Part shown: piece after piece, positions 46,501 through 54,304 of the stretch
Layout of the letters: each line of letters begins with the position of its first letter
How positions within the stretch are numbered: the first letter of the stretch is position 1
NCBI GenBank assembly: GCA_035519535.1
Contig: DATIWF010000029.1
Location: 21,611 to 85,610, forward strand
Source: Vicinamibacterales bacterium
GTDB lineage: Bacteria > Acidobacteriota > Vicinamibacteria > Vicinamibacterales > SCN-69-37
Direction of reading: 5' to 3'
DNA: 64,000 nucleotides
Notes under the pieces: generated by a model
What the model saw: the letters and a program-made list of their open reading frames with translations, nothing else
Told to the model about the DNA's origin: nothing
Databases searched by the model: none
Translations under genes and position numbers: made by a program

Positions 46501-46929
46501 CACGAGAGACAGAAACGGCGCGCCGAGAACGAAGCACCATTCGGCGCCGACCGCGCGCGATGCCGCGACGACGTCCCGCCAGGCGCCCGACGGCCGATGA
46601 GCCCAGGGCGTGACGAGGAGACCGACGGGCACGCGCCTGGGCGTGTCGAGCCGGGCCGACGCCTGGGTGCGATCGAAGCGCGCCGCCGAAGCCCGAAAGC
46701 CGAGCATCGCGAAGAGCGGCATCGCGACCTCGTCGAACAACGCGCGCAGGCCGGTGGCCGGGCCGCATGTGGCGGCGACGCGCTGCCACCACCGCTCGAG
46801 CTGACGCCGCCGTCGTTCGACGTCGCGTTCGTCGCCGCGAGGTCCCGAACGCTCAAACACCCGGGTCGCGAGGTACTGGCCGGGGAACAGCGAGCCGCCG
46901 ACGCCGGGCAGGCGGTTCACGGTCGCCAC
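43564..46929 (-). CDS. Eco57I-like (type IIG/DrmMI/PglX-like) N6-adenine DNA methyltransferase, 1121 aa
   Basis: SAM motif I IVDPAMGSGAFLVAA, catalytic motif IV VLGNPPWE, and a C-terminal FNSYVLNALVR...LPVP tail typical of this family. The N-terminal region of about 400 aa has unknown function. Confidence 0.8.
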   Translation of the reverse strand: MATVNRLPGVGGSLFPGQYLATRVFERSGPRGDERDVERRRRQLERWWQRVAATCGPATGLRALFDEVAMPLFAMLGFRASAARFDRTQASARLDTPRRVPVGLLVTPWAHRPSGAWRDVVAASRAVGAEWCFVLGAPFLSLVDARGHAARRSVDFTFPDVLAQPGFAPFWTLAHSGAFEPEPSVNDASPASRLDALLAAAAGFQDRVRSDLQAGVGEALHAFGGVLRPAPDAFDQSLTLVYRVLFLLFAESRDLVPRAHPVYGGAYTVGGFCRDALDRDRAGGLWDGLAAVSRLSRLGGRTGDLIVRPFNGRLFARASAPALEAGRPVSRPTRRSTMRDAAAQHALLALGTRRGDAGIEGVNYADLGVEQLGAVYERVLDLDPSSVVAGRPGPPRPAGSAHSARRKQSATFYTPQPLADFLVRRTLAPLVAGASADDILSLRIVDPAMGSGAFLVAACRYLAAACARALIAEGRCAEADLDEREHANLRRQVAERCLAGVDANPVAVQLARLSLWLTTLARGKPLGFLDHRLRSGNSLIGASPDDLRRLAMRRRGTADLPLLNLDAGRLEDAMSRAARPLLDLGARRDDTVDDVRAKEAIWARLAGDDSPLRRWRQAADLWCARWFWPGRPPAPAEIRAAFDALLRNDATLGAADLARWQTQARDLARTHGFFHWPLEFADVFYDAAGNPRPRAGFDAVLGNPPWEMLRNDAGRNDAGNIFPGTSGKIIPASFLPASFVRFIRDSGLYPSCDHGHVNLYQPFLERALSLARPGGRVGLILPWGLAVDDGAAALRARLLDRSTLETVVGLDNADALFPIHRGVRFLVLVARTGGATHEVRARFGVRTAAEIDDLPACDDPAASAYPIRLTPAGLAAFGGTTRRIPDARSPRDLDILEHLSSMGPQLGHPGGWGVSFGRELNATEDRDAIGSQGLPVIEGKHLRPFSVDTSASSSRIAPAEARRRLPHGRFDVARLAYRDVSAVANRQSLIAAIVPAHVVTTHTLFCLRTPIPADQQDFLCGLFNSYVLNALVRMLMGGHLTTSLVEDLPVPRWTGDDDQRRIVALSRRLRRRPASPLAHAALQALVARLYRLDAAMFEHIVSGFPLVPEADRRRTIGMFAL
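44713..44800 (-). repeat. Palindromic element inside the methyltransferase CDS (in frame)
   Basis: AACGACGCCGGGA occurs twice (44714-44726, 44729-44741). The AT-rich core is TTATTTTTCCCGAGGTCCCGGGAAAAATAT. The inverted unit TCCCGGCGTCGTT occurs twice (44772-44784, 44787-44799). The element encodes RNDAGRNDAGNIFPGTSGKIIPASFLPASF. Confidence 0.85.
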
Positions 46930-49322
46930 CCGAGCGCGACGACGAGCGACGGGCGCCCGATCTCAACGTGTGCGCTCGCCTCGAGGTCTGCGATACGGGC
47001 GTTGGCGTCGCGCTGAATCGCCTCGACAACCTCGCGTCGCTGTTCGAGCCAGCGCCGCCCGCGCCAGTCGAACAAGCCGGGCTGCGCTTCCGCGACGCCG
47101 TGCGCGTCGACGAGCCATGCGGCGAGCGCGCGTTCCCGTGCCGCCGCCCGGTTCGCGTTCGCCGCCAGCAGCCGCGCCAGACGACGCGCCCTCGGCTGGA
47201 GCGCGCGGGCCGCCTCCCGCCGCGCGTGCGCGGCAATCGTGGGCGCCTCGCGTGCGCTCGCATGCGCCAACCGGCACGAGACGCCGACGATATGCCGCTC
47301 GACCATCGTCCCGGCGCCGTCGATCAGCGGCACCGCAAAGATGAGCAGCATGTCTTCGGCGAGCGCGCGAAGAACGACGAGTCGATCGACGTGCGCCCAC
47401 AGCGGTCTGGCGGCATCTTCATCCGGGCCGCGCCAGTGGCGCTGCAGCGCGCGACCCCGGAGGAGGCGAGCCGCTGCGCCACGCGCCGGGCGACTCCAGC
47501 GCGTCGAGCGCTGCCACGGCGGCTCGGTCGTCGATTCCTCGCCCATGGGCGCGGACAGGAATACTGACGCTCGAACAGCGGCTGCACGGACGATCGACGC
47601 GCATCCGAGGTCGTATCCGGTCGACCGCGCGACGCCGAGGACGCGTCGCGCCAGACGCATCAGCACGGGCGCTTCGGCGTCGTGGTCAGCCACGACCAGC
47701 GAGACGTGGACGCGGCGCGTCTGGCCGATGCGATCGACGCGTCCAGCGCGCTGTTCGAGGCGCGCCGGATTCCAGGGCAGATCGAGGCTGACGACGCATC
47801 GCGTGCGCGACTGCAGATTGAGTCCCAGGCTGGCGACGTCCGTGGCCAGCAGCACCGTCGTGGCGCCGTCGAGAAACCGCGTGAGCTCGGTGCGGCGCTC
47901 GCCGGGCGAGAGGCCGCCGTGCAGGCACGACGTCGCGACGCGCCCGTCGAGCCGGCGCCGCAGCACGTCGAGCGAGTCGCGGAACTCCGTGAAGACGACG
48001 ATCGGCTCGCGCGCTCGAGCGACGAACGCCAGGACGCTCGCGGCCTTGCTCTCGTTGCGACGCGCCGCTTCGGCGAGCGCGAGGACGCGTTTGAGCCACG
48101 CGCGCTCCCTTCGGCCGTCGAGGCCGACGTCCGCCGTGAGACCGGCAGCCTCCTCGGCCGTCAGGTCATCCTGGTCATCGAACGGCAGGGAGCACTGCGC
48201 CGGCGAGGCCGGCAGCGGCGCCTCGCACCGCTCGACCCAGGCCAGCCGGCGCCGCAGCGATTGCGCCAGCGCGCTCATCGTGGACAGCGCGCGCTTTCGG
48301 AAGATCGACAGCAGCAGCAGCGCGGCATCGCGTCGGCCGGCCGCCGCGACGCGAAGCACGGCGCGCTCGAACTGGGTGAGCGCGTCGAGCAGGGCCAGCT
48401 CGGACGCGCCCAGCTGCACGCGCCGCCAGCGGACGCGGCGCGTCTGGCCGGCGAACAGATCGCGGCGCGAGCGGCGGAAGATGAGCATGTCGTCCGGTGC
48501 ACCCGGCAGGCGGCCGAGGTTCAGCAGCCGCTGAAATCGCCGTTCGTCGCCGTCGTGCGGCGTCGCGGTGAGCAGCAGGACCGCGCGTGCCCCCGCCGCG
48601 ATCGCGCGACACGCGTCGTGACGATCGGATGCGCCGCACGCCGTGTGGGCCTCGTCGACGACGACCAGATCCCACGGACACGGCGGCATCGCGTCGAGCA
48701 CATGCGCCTGTTTCACGTAGTCGAGCGAGGCGAGCCACACGCCGGCACGACGCCACGGACTGTCGGCGGATGCGATCTCACGCGCGCGGGCGTCGAGCGT
48801 CTCGCGGTCCGCGGAGAGGCAATCGACGCCGAAGCGGCCGCGAAGCTCGTCCTGCCATTGGTCCGCCAGCGACGCGGGAACCAGGACGAGGATGCGCGCC
48901 GCGATCCGGCGCCGCAGGACCTCGGTGATCGCGAGGCCAGCCTGAATCGTCTTGCCGAGCCCGACCTCGTCGGCGACGAGCACGCGTCGGGCGCCGTGCT
49001 GAAGCGCCAATGCCGGCTCCAGCTGATGGGGCAGGATCTCCACACGGGCCTCGCGCGCCGACGCCAGTGTCCGCAACCCGAACGTGCCGCCCGCCACGCC
49101 AGCGACCCGGGCAACGGCATGGTTGGCGGACGCCCGCCGCGGGCGTCGGTCGGGCGTCGCGGCGATCGGTCGATCGAACGGCGCGAGAAACGTGCGCCGG
49201 CCGGCGCCTGGCGCGGAGACCTCGAGCCGTGTGATCCCGTCCTCGCGTGCGATCCGATCGAGCCGCCAGCGCCGCTGGCGAATCCACACGTGGTCGCCGA
49301 CGTTCGGTTGCGCGGTGTGCAC
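46917..49322 (-). CDS. SNF2-family (DEAD/DEAH-like) helicase/translocase, 801 aa
   Basis: Motif I ADEVGLGKTIQAG, motif II VVVDEAH, motif III LLTATPH, motif VI DLPWNPARLEQRAGRVDRIGQ. Its 3' end overlaps the methyltransferase start by 13 nt. Confidence 0.85.
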   Translation of the reverse strand: MHTAQPNVGDHVWIRQRRWRLDRIAREDGITRLEVSAPGAGRRTFLAPFDRPIAATPDRRPRRASANHAVARVAGVAGGTFGLRTLASAREARVEILPHQLEPALALQHGARRVLVADEVGLGKTIQAGLAITEVLRRRIAARILVLVPASLADQWQDELRGRFGVDCLSADRETLDARAREIASADSPWRRAGVWLASLDYVKQAHVLDAMPPCPWDLVVVDEAHTACGASDRHDACRAIAAGARAVLLLTATPHDGDERRFQRLLNLGRLPGAPDDMLIFRRSRRDLFAGQTRRVRWRRVQLGASELALLDALTQFERAVLRVAAAGRRDAALLLLSIFRKRALSTMSALAQSLRRRLAWVERCEAPLPASPAQCSLPFDDQDDLTAEEAAGLTADVGLDGRRERAWLKRVLALAEAARRNESKAASVLAFVARAREPIVVFTEFRDSLDVLRRRLDGRVATSCLHGGLSPGERRTELTRFLDGATTVLLATDVASLGLNLQSRTRCVVSLDLPWNPARLEQRAGRVDRIGQTRRVHVSLVVADHDAEAPVLMRLARRVLGVARSTGYDLGCASIVRAAAVRASVFLSAPMGEESTTEPPWQRSTRWSRPARGAAARLLRGRALQRHWRGPDEDAARPLWAHVDRLVVLRALAEDMLLIFAVPLIDGAGTMVERHIVGVSCRLAHASAREAPTIAAHARREAARALQPRARRLARLLAANANRAAARERALAAWLVDAHGVAEAQPGLFDWRGRRWLEQRREVVEAIQRDANARIADLEASAHVEIGRPSLVVALGWRP

Positions 49323-49379
49323 AATCTGCCACCCTGTCAGCGCAGACCCGTTGCAGGATCCGCAACGCCGCCGTTCTGA

Positions 49380-49402
49380 ACGTCTAACTTCTGGCTTCTG
49401 AG
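49380..49402 (-). repeat. AGAAG-core heptamer element (ACGTCTAACTTCTGGCTTCTGAG)
   Basis: Shares 18 of 19 nt with 28333-28351, and its 13-mer is the reverse complement of 26003-26015. It lies between the Smr stop and the helicase start. Confidence 0.7.
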
Positions 49403-49409
49403 CTCACAC

Positions 49410-49697
49410 TCACCGGGTCTTAGGCAAGGTGAGTGCCAGGCGGCACCACGTCGCGCCGAGGTGAGCGGTGTGATCGTCCCAGAACTCGACGACGAGCGGG
49501 TGCGTGTCGAGGAGGGATTGCACGATGCCGCGCTGGACCCCGCGGCCGCGCCCGTGGACGAGGCGAATCTCGGTCAGGCCCGCTTCGTGCGCCTCGCGCA
49601 GGTACTCATCGACGACCGACGGAATGTCGGCCGGCGCGAACGCATGCAGGTCGAGCTCCGCTGTGATCGGGACGTTGACGGGGTCCTGGTCGTCCAT
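49410..49697 (-). CDS. Smr (small MutS-related) domain protein
   Basis: 95 aa. LDLHAF...LREAHEAGLTEIRLVHGRGRGV follows the Smr-domain pattern (LHG/RGxG). Confidence 0.75.
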   Translation of the reverse strand: MDDQDPVNVPITAELDLHAFAPADIPSVVDEYLREAHEAGLTEIRLVHGRGRGVQRGIVQSLLDTHPLVVEFWDDHTAHLGATWCRLALTLPKTR

Positions 49698-49737
49698 GGC
49701 CTTCTGACGGCTCGACGTCCCGACTGCGGGCCGATCC

Positions 49738-50079
49738 CTACGTGCCTTCGTATTTCGCGACGACGCTGGTCGTGATCCCGCCGCGCGCCGTGAATGCGCC
49801 GGTGACCGTCATCCGGCGCGGCTGGCACGCGGCCACGAGGTCGTCGAGGATCCGGTTGGTGGCCGCCTCGTAGAAGATGCCCTGGTTGCGGTAGCCGAGC
49901 AGGTAGTACTTCAACGCTTTCAACTCGATGCACGCACGATCGGGTACGTACTGAATCCGGATCTCGCCGAAGTCGGGGAGTCCCGTCTTGGGACACATCG
50001 AGGTGAACTCCGGGCACCGGATGTCGATCTCGTAGTCGCGCTCGGGGCGCGGGTTGGGGAACGTTTCGATCGCGGACAT
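49738..50079 (-). CDS. queF: NADPH-dependent 7-cyano-7-deazaguanine (preQ0) reductase
   Basis: 113 aa. [23 protein letters not shown]...[10 protein letters not shown] is the QueF signature. Confidence 0.9.
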   Translation of the reverse strand: MSAIETFPNPRPERDYEIDIRCPEFTSMCPKTGLPDFGEIRIQYVPDRACIELKALKYYLLGYRNQGIFYEAATNRILDDLVAACQPRRMTVTGAFTARGGITTSVVAKYEGT

Positions 50080-50116
50080 CGGGTCCTCATTCTAGGATGC
50101 GCGCGCACCCGGGGAA

Positions 50117-50146
50117 TTGACATGTTTTCCGGCGCAAGGCTACGAT
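50117..50146 (+). promoter_or_regulatory. Sigma-70-like promoter (TTGACA, 18 nt, TACGAT) upstream of the HU gene
   Basis: TTGACA at 50117-50122 and TACGAT at 50141-50146, oriented toward the HU CDS. Confidence 0.5.
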
Positions 50147-50239
50147 ACGGCCCGCTTTTCGTGATTGCCGTCGGACCGCCTGCGCGCGCGGTTCCACGAC
50201 AGGATCCTGAACGCGCGCCCGAGCCAGGGAGAATACGCA

Positions 50240-50539
50240 ATGGCAGACGCCCGGCGCATGGGCAAGATGGAGCTTTTCGCGCACTTCGCGGAGAAGTTCG
50301 ACATGAAGCGCACCGTGGTGCGCGATCTGTTCGAGGAACTGCTCCGGTTGAGCGAGAAAGAGCTGAAGCGTTCCGGTGAGTTCGTGCTACCCGGCATGTG
50401 CAAGCTGGTGGTGCAGCGGCGCAAGGCCCGCGAGGGTCGCAATCCAGCCACCGGCGAGCCGATCAAGATTCCCGCCAAGACGGTCGTCAAGGCGCGTATT
50501 GCGAAGCAGCTGAAGGACGCCGTCCTGCCCCGCAAATAG
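50240..50539 (+). CDS. HU/IHF-family DNA-binding protein
   Basis: Internal ATG of ORF 50165..50539, after GGGAGAA. The beta-arm motif is RKAREGRNPATGEPIKIPAKTVVKAR. Confidence 0.85.
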   Translation: MADARRMGKMELFAHFAEKFDMKRTVVRDLFEELLRLSEKELKRSGEFVLPGMCKLVVQRRKAREGRNPATGEPIKIPAKTVVKARIAKQLKDAVLPRK

Positions 50540-50655
50540 CTGATTTCGGATCACACGGTCCGGCGCTCGTTGGCAGGCGGCTCGTGCGGCCTGTCGACGA
50601 GCGTCACGGCGTGCCGCGCACGCTCGTTCTCCTCCCGCAGTAAACTTGACTGGAT

Positions 50656-50871
50656 ATGTGGACGGTGTTGCTCGCTGCTGGAGGCCTGCTCCTCGCGGTG
50701 GCGGCGTTTCTCCGGGTCGCGGCGGCGACCCGCAAGTACCAGGCGCTGAGCCAGTCGCACTGGGAGCTGCGTTTCGAGTTTGCCCGGCTGCGGGCCCGTG
50801 TGGCGAAGCTCGACGGCGGCGGCGCCGGCGACGCGGGCCCCGACGCCACGGCGCCGCCCTCCGAATCGTGA
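50656..50871 (+). CDS. Small single-TM protein (hypothetical)
   Basis: 71 aa. N-terminal TM helix (WTVLLAAGGLLLAVAAFL) and a coiled, charged tail. It ends 13 nt before lpdA. It could be an ORF artefact. Confidence 0.3.
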   Translation: MWTVLLAAGGLLLAVAAFLRVAAATRKYQALSQSHWELRFEFARLRARVAKLDGGGAGDAGPDATAPPSES

Positions 50872-50884
50872 AGGTGACCCGAGC

Positions 50885-52306
50885 GTGACCACTCAGTACG
50901 ACGTCGTCGTCATCGGCGCGGGCACGGGCGGGTATGTCGCCGCCATTCGCGCCGCACAACTCGGCCTCAACGTCGCCGTCGTCGAGCGCCAGCCGGCGCT
51001 CGGCGGCACGTGCCTCATCTGGGGCTGCATCCCGACGAAGGCGCTGCTCGAGCACGCGCACGCGCTCAAAGTCGCGCAGGACGCTGCGGACTGGGGCATC
51101 AGTTTCGGCAAGGCCGACGTCAAGCCGACGATCGACATGGCGCGCGTGCACGCCCGGAAGGACAAGATCGTGACGGGCCTCACGAAGGGCGTCGAGTTCC
51201 TGTTCAAGAAGAACAAGATCACGTGGATCAAGGGGACCGCGCGGCTCGCCGGCAAGGGCCAGGTCGACGTGACCGGGCCCGACGCCCGATCGCTCACCGC
51301 GCGCGAGATCATCGTCGCCACGGGATCGGCGCCGCGCAGCGTGCCCGGCATCGAGATCGACAAGAAGCACGTCATCACGAGCGACGAGGCGATTCACCTG
51401 CCCGCCGTGCCGAAATCGATCGCGATCCTGGGCAGCGGCGCGGTGGGCGTCGAGTTCGCGTCGATCTACCGGCGATTCGGCAGCGACGTGACGATCATCG
51501 AGCTGTTGCCGCGCCTGGTGCCCAACGAGGACGAGGCCGTGTCGGCGGAGCTCGAGAAAGCGTTCCGCAAGCGCGGCATCGCGGTGCGGACGGCGACGAA
51601 GGTCACGTCGGCGAAAGTGAAGGACGGGTCCGTCACGATCGAGATGCAGGGCAAGGACGGCAAGGGCGAGTCGATCACGGTCGAGAAGCTGCTCGTCGCG
51701 ACGGGACGCGGGCCGGTCACCGACGGGCTCGGCGCGGCCGAGGCGGGACTCACGCTCGAGCGCGGGTTCATCAAGGTGGATGCGCTCTTCCGCACCGGCG
51801 TCCCGGGCGTGTCCGCGATCGGCGACGTCATCACGATGGGCACGGGCCCGCACGCGCAGCTCGCGCATCTGTCGTCGGCGGAGGGCATCCTCCTGGCCGA
51901 GCGGATTGCGGGCCGCGAGGTCCAGCCGATCAACTACGACCAGGTGCCGGCGTGCACGTACTGCGAGCCGGAAATCGGCAGCATTGGCTTGACCGAGAAA
52001 GAGGCGGCCGACCGCGGCTACGACGTGCGCGTCGGAACCTTCCCGGTCGGTGTGCTCGGCCGCGCGAAGATCGCCGGCGAAATCGAGGGCTTCGTGAAGA
52101 TCGTCGCCGAGAAGAAGTACGACGAGGTGCTCGGCGTGCACATGATCGGCCTGCGCGCGACCGAGCTCGTCGCCGAGGCCGCCGTCGCGCTGCGGCTCGA
52201 GAGCACGGTCGAGGAGCTCGTCCGCACGATCCACGCCCACCCGACGATGTCGGAGGCGGTGGGCGAGGCGGCGCACGCGACACATGGCGCGGCGATTCAT
52301 ATTTGA
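50885..52306 (+). CDS. lpdA: Dihydrolipoyl dehydrogenase (E3)
   Basis: GTG start within ORF 50780..52306. FAD motif GAGTGGYVAAIRAAQLG, redox-active disulfide GGTCLIWGCIPTK and C-terminal HAHPTMSEA. Confidence 0.95.
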   Translation: MTTQYDVVVIGAGTGGYVAAIRAAQLGLNVAVVERQPALGGTCLIWGCIPTKALLEHAHALKVAQDAADWGISFGKADVKPTIDMARVHARKDKIVTGLTKGVEFLFKKNKITWIKGTARLAGKGQVDVTGPDARSLTAREIIVATGSAPRSVPGIEIDKKHVITSDEAIHLPAVPKSIAILGSGAVGVEFASIYRRFGSDVTIIELLPRLVPNEDEAVSAELEKAFRKRGIAVRTATKVTSAKVKDGSVTIEMQGKDGKGESITVEKLLVATGRGPVTDGLGAAEAGLTLERGFIKVDALFRTGVPGVSAIGDVITMGTGPHAQLAHLSSAEGILLAERIAGREVQPINYDQVPACTYCEPEIGSIGLTEKEAADRGYDVRVGTFPVGVLGRAKIAGEIEGFVKIVAEKKYDEVLGVHMIGLRATELVAEAAVALRLESTVEELVRTIHAHPTMSEAVGEAAHATHGAAIHI

Positions 52307-52325
52307 AGGGCACAGGAGTTCGTGA

Positions 52326-53666
52326 ATGGCTACCGACGTCGTCATGCCCCAGATGGGTGAGTCAATCGCGGAAGGCACGATCGTCCGCTGGATCAAGAAG
52401 GTCGGCGACAGCATCGACAAGGACGAGCCGCTGTTCGAGATCTCGACCGACAAGGTGGACGCCGAGATCCCCGCGCCCGGCACCGGCGTGCTGCTCGAGA
52501 TCCGGGTGAAGGAAGGCGAGACGGTGCCGGTCAACAGCGTCGTGGCCATCATTGGCGCCGCCGGCGAGAAGGGGGCTGCGACGGGTGCGTCAGGTACGTC
52601 AGGCGAGAGGAACGAACTGACGCAGCCAGCTTCTTCAGCGTCTTCAAGGAAGGACGCGACCGGCGCAGCCGGACGCCACCTTGGACCCGACGTACCCGTC
52701 GTACTTGACGTACCCGACGTACCCGCGCAGACGCTCGCCGATCTCCGGCGCACCCGCTCGTCCCCCCTCGTGCGCAAGATCGCGAAGACGCACGGCATCG
52801 ACATCACCGGCCTCAACGGGTCCGGCCTTTCCGGCCGCGTGACGAAAAAGGACATTCTGGCGGTCGTCGAAGGCGGCGGCGCGCCGGGCGTCGTCGCCGC
52901 ACGGCCCGCGGGAGCGCCCGCGCCGGCCGGCCGCCCGGTCTCGATCCCTCCGCCCCCGCCGGCCTTCGCACCCGGCGAGAACGTCCGCATCGAGAAGATG
53001 AGCGTGATGCGGAAGAAGATCGCCGACCACATGGTGATGAGCGTGCATACATCACCACACGTGTACTCGGCGTACGAGGTGGATTTCGGGAAGATCGACG
53101 AGATCCGCGTCAAGCGCAAGGCCGAGTACGAGGCCGCCGGCGCCAAGCTCACCTACACGGCGTTCATCGCGAAGGCGACGGTCGACACCATTCGACAATT
53201 CCCGTACTCGAACGCCTCGATCGACGGCGACAACGTCGTCCTCAAGCGCGACATCAACCTCGGGATCGCGGTGGCGCTCGAGCAGGGCCTGATCGTGCCG
53301 GTGATCAAGAACGCCGACGAGAAGAACATGCTCGGGCTCTGCCGGGCGATTCAGGATCTCGCCAACCGGGCGCGGACGAAGCAGCTGAAACCCGAGGACG
53401 TGCAGGGCGGCACGTTCACGATCACGAATCCGGGTATCTTCGGCGCGGTGTTCGGGCTGCCGATCATCAGCCAGCCGCAGGTCGCGATTCTCGGCGTCGG
53501 CAGCGTGGACAAGCGCGTCGTGGTCGTCAACGACATGATCGCGATCCGGCCGATGTGCTACCTGACGCTCGGCTACGACCACCGGCTGATCGACGGCGCC
53601 GATGCCGGACGCTTTCTCATGGCGCTGAAGGACCGGCTCCAGAACTTCGACGAGTCGTGGATGTAA
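52326..53666 (+). CDS. 2-oxoacid dehydrogenase E2 (dihydrolipoamide acyltransferase)
   Basis: Lipoyl domain (EISTDKVDAEIP), peripheral-subunit-binding domain (SPLVRKIAKTHGIDITGLNGSGLSGRVTKKDI) and catalytic DHRLIDGA motif. Confidence 0.9.
   Translation: MATDVVMPQMGESIAEGTIVRWIKKVGDSIDKDEPLFEISTDKVDAEIPAPGTGVLLEIRVKEGETVPVNSVVAIIGAAGEKGAATGASGTSGERNELTQPASSASSRKDATGAAGRHLGPDVPVVLDVPDVPAQTLADLRRTRSSPLVRKIAKTHGIDITGLNGSGLSGRVTKKDILAVVEGGGAPGVVAARPAGAPAPAGRPVSIPPPPPAFAPGENVRIEKMSVMRKKIADHMVMSVHTSPHVYSAYEVDFGKIDEIRVKRKAEYEAAGAKLTYTAFIAKATVDTIRQFPYSNASIDGDNVVLKRDINLGIAVALEQGLIVPVIKNADEKNMLGLCRAIQDLANRARTKQLKPEDVQGGTFTITNPGIFGAVFGLPIISQPQVAILGVGSVDKRVVVVNDMIAIRPMCYLTLGYDHRLIDGADAGRFLMALKDRLQNFDESWM
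52584..52727 (+). repeat. In-frame copy of the 9-mer palindromic element inside the E2 linker
   Basis: GGTGC GTCAGGTAC GTCAGG, then CGAGAGGAACGAACTGACGCAGCC (compare the reverse complement of 39117-39137), then a core, then GACCCGACG TACCCGTCG TACTTGACG TACCCGACG TACCC. It encodes GASGTSGERNELTQPASSASSRKDATGAAGRHLGPDVPVVLDVPDVP. Confidence 0.85.
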
Positions 53667-54304
53667 GACGTCTGGGACGGGTCGACTACGACGCGGCGCT
53701 GGCGCTGCAGCAGGAACTCGTCGAGCAGCGGCGCGCCGGTCGAATCGGCGACACGCTCCTCCTGCTCGAGCATCCCCCGGTCATCACGCTGGGGGTTCGA
53801 ACGCGCGGCAAGCCGTCGAATGTGATCGCGTCGGCTGACGAGCTTCAGGCCGCCGGCGTGCAGGTCGTCGACACCGGACGAGGCGGCGACGTCACCTACC
53901 ACGGCCCCGGTCAGCTCATCGGCTATCCCATCCTCGATCTCCGGCCGGACCGCTGCGACGTCCACCAGTACGTGCGCGATCTCGAGGAAGCCTTGATCCG
54001 CGCGGCGGCGCGATTCGGCGTCGAAGGGCGGCGTGTCACGGGATTGACCGGCGTCTGGGTCGGGCCCGCCGGCCGGGAGGAAAAACTGGCGGCGATCGGC
54101 GTGCGCATCAGCCGGTGGATCACGAGCCACGGGTTTGCCCTGAACGTCTCGACGGACCTCAGGAATTTCGGGCTCATCGTGCCGTGCGGCATCGCCGACC
54201 GCGGCGTGACGTCACTCGATCGCCTGCTTGGCCGTTCGCTGCCGATGCCCGAGGTCGAGGACGCGGTCGTTCAGGCGATGGCGGCGGTCTTTTCAGAGAC
54301 CTGA
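53657..54304 (+). CDS. lipB: Octanoyltransferase (lipoyl(octanoyl) transferase)
   Basis: The GTG overlaps the end of E2. Motifs are LLLLEHPPVITLG, RGGDVTYHGPGQLIGYPI, GVRISRWITSHGFALN and PCG. Confidence 0.9.
   Translation: MDVRRLGRVDYDAALALQQELVEQRRAGRIGDTLLLLEHPPVITLGVRTRGKPSNVIASADELQAAGVQVVDTGRGGDVTYHGPGQLIGYPILDLRPDRCDVHQYVRDLEEALIRAAARFGVEGRRVTGLTGVWVGPAGREEKLAAIGVRISRWITSHGFALNVSTDLRNFGLIVPCGIADRGVTSLDRLLGRSLPMPEVEDAVVQAMAAVFSET

Noticed and set aside
43564-49322. The helicase-methylase pair as part of a horizontally acquired island or mobile element.
   Set aside because: There is no integrase, transposase, flanking tRNA or direct repeats. I saw no obvious drop in GC content apart from the small in-frame palindrome. 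Mobility cannot be supported from this window.
49738-50079. queF as evidence for a Dpd-type 7-deazaguanine DNA-modification system linked to the helicase and methylase.
   Set aside because: QueF belongs to the tRNA queuosine branch. No TGT/DpdA-like transglycosylase or queC/D/E genes are present. Adjacency alone is insufficient, so it is kept only as a low-interest note.
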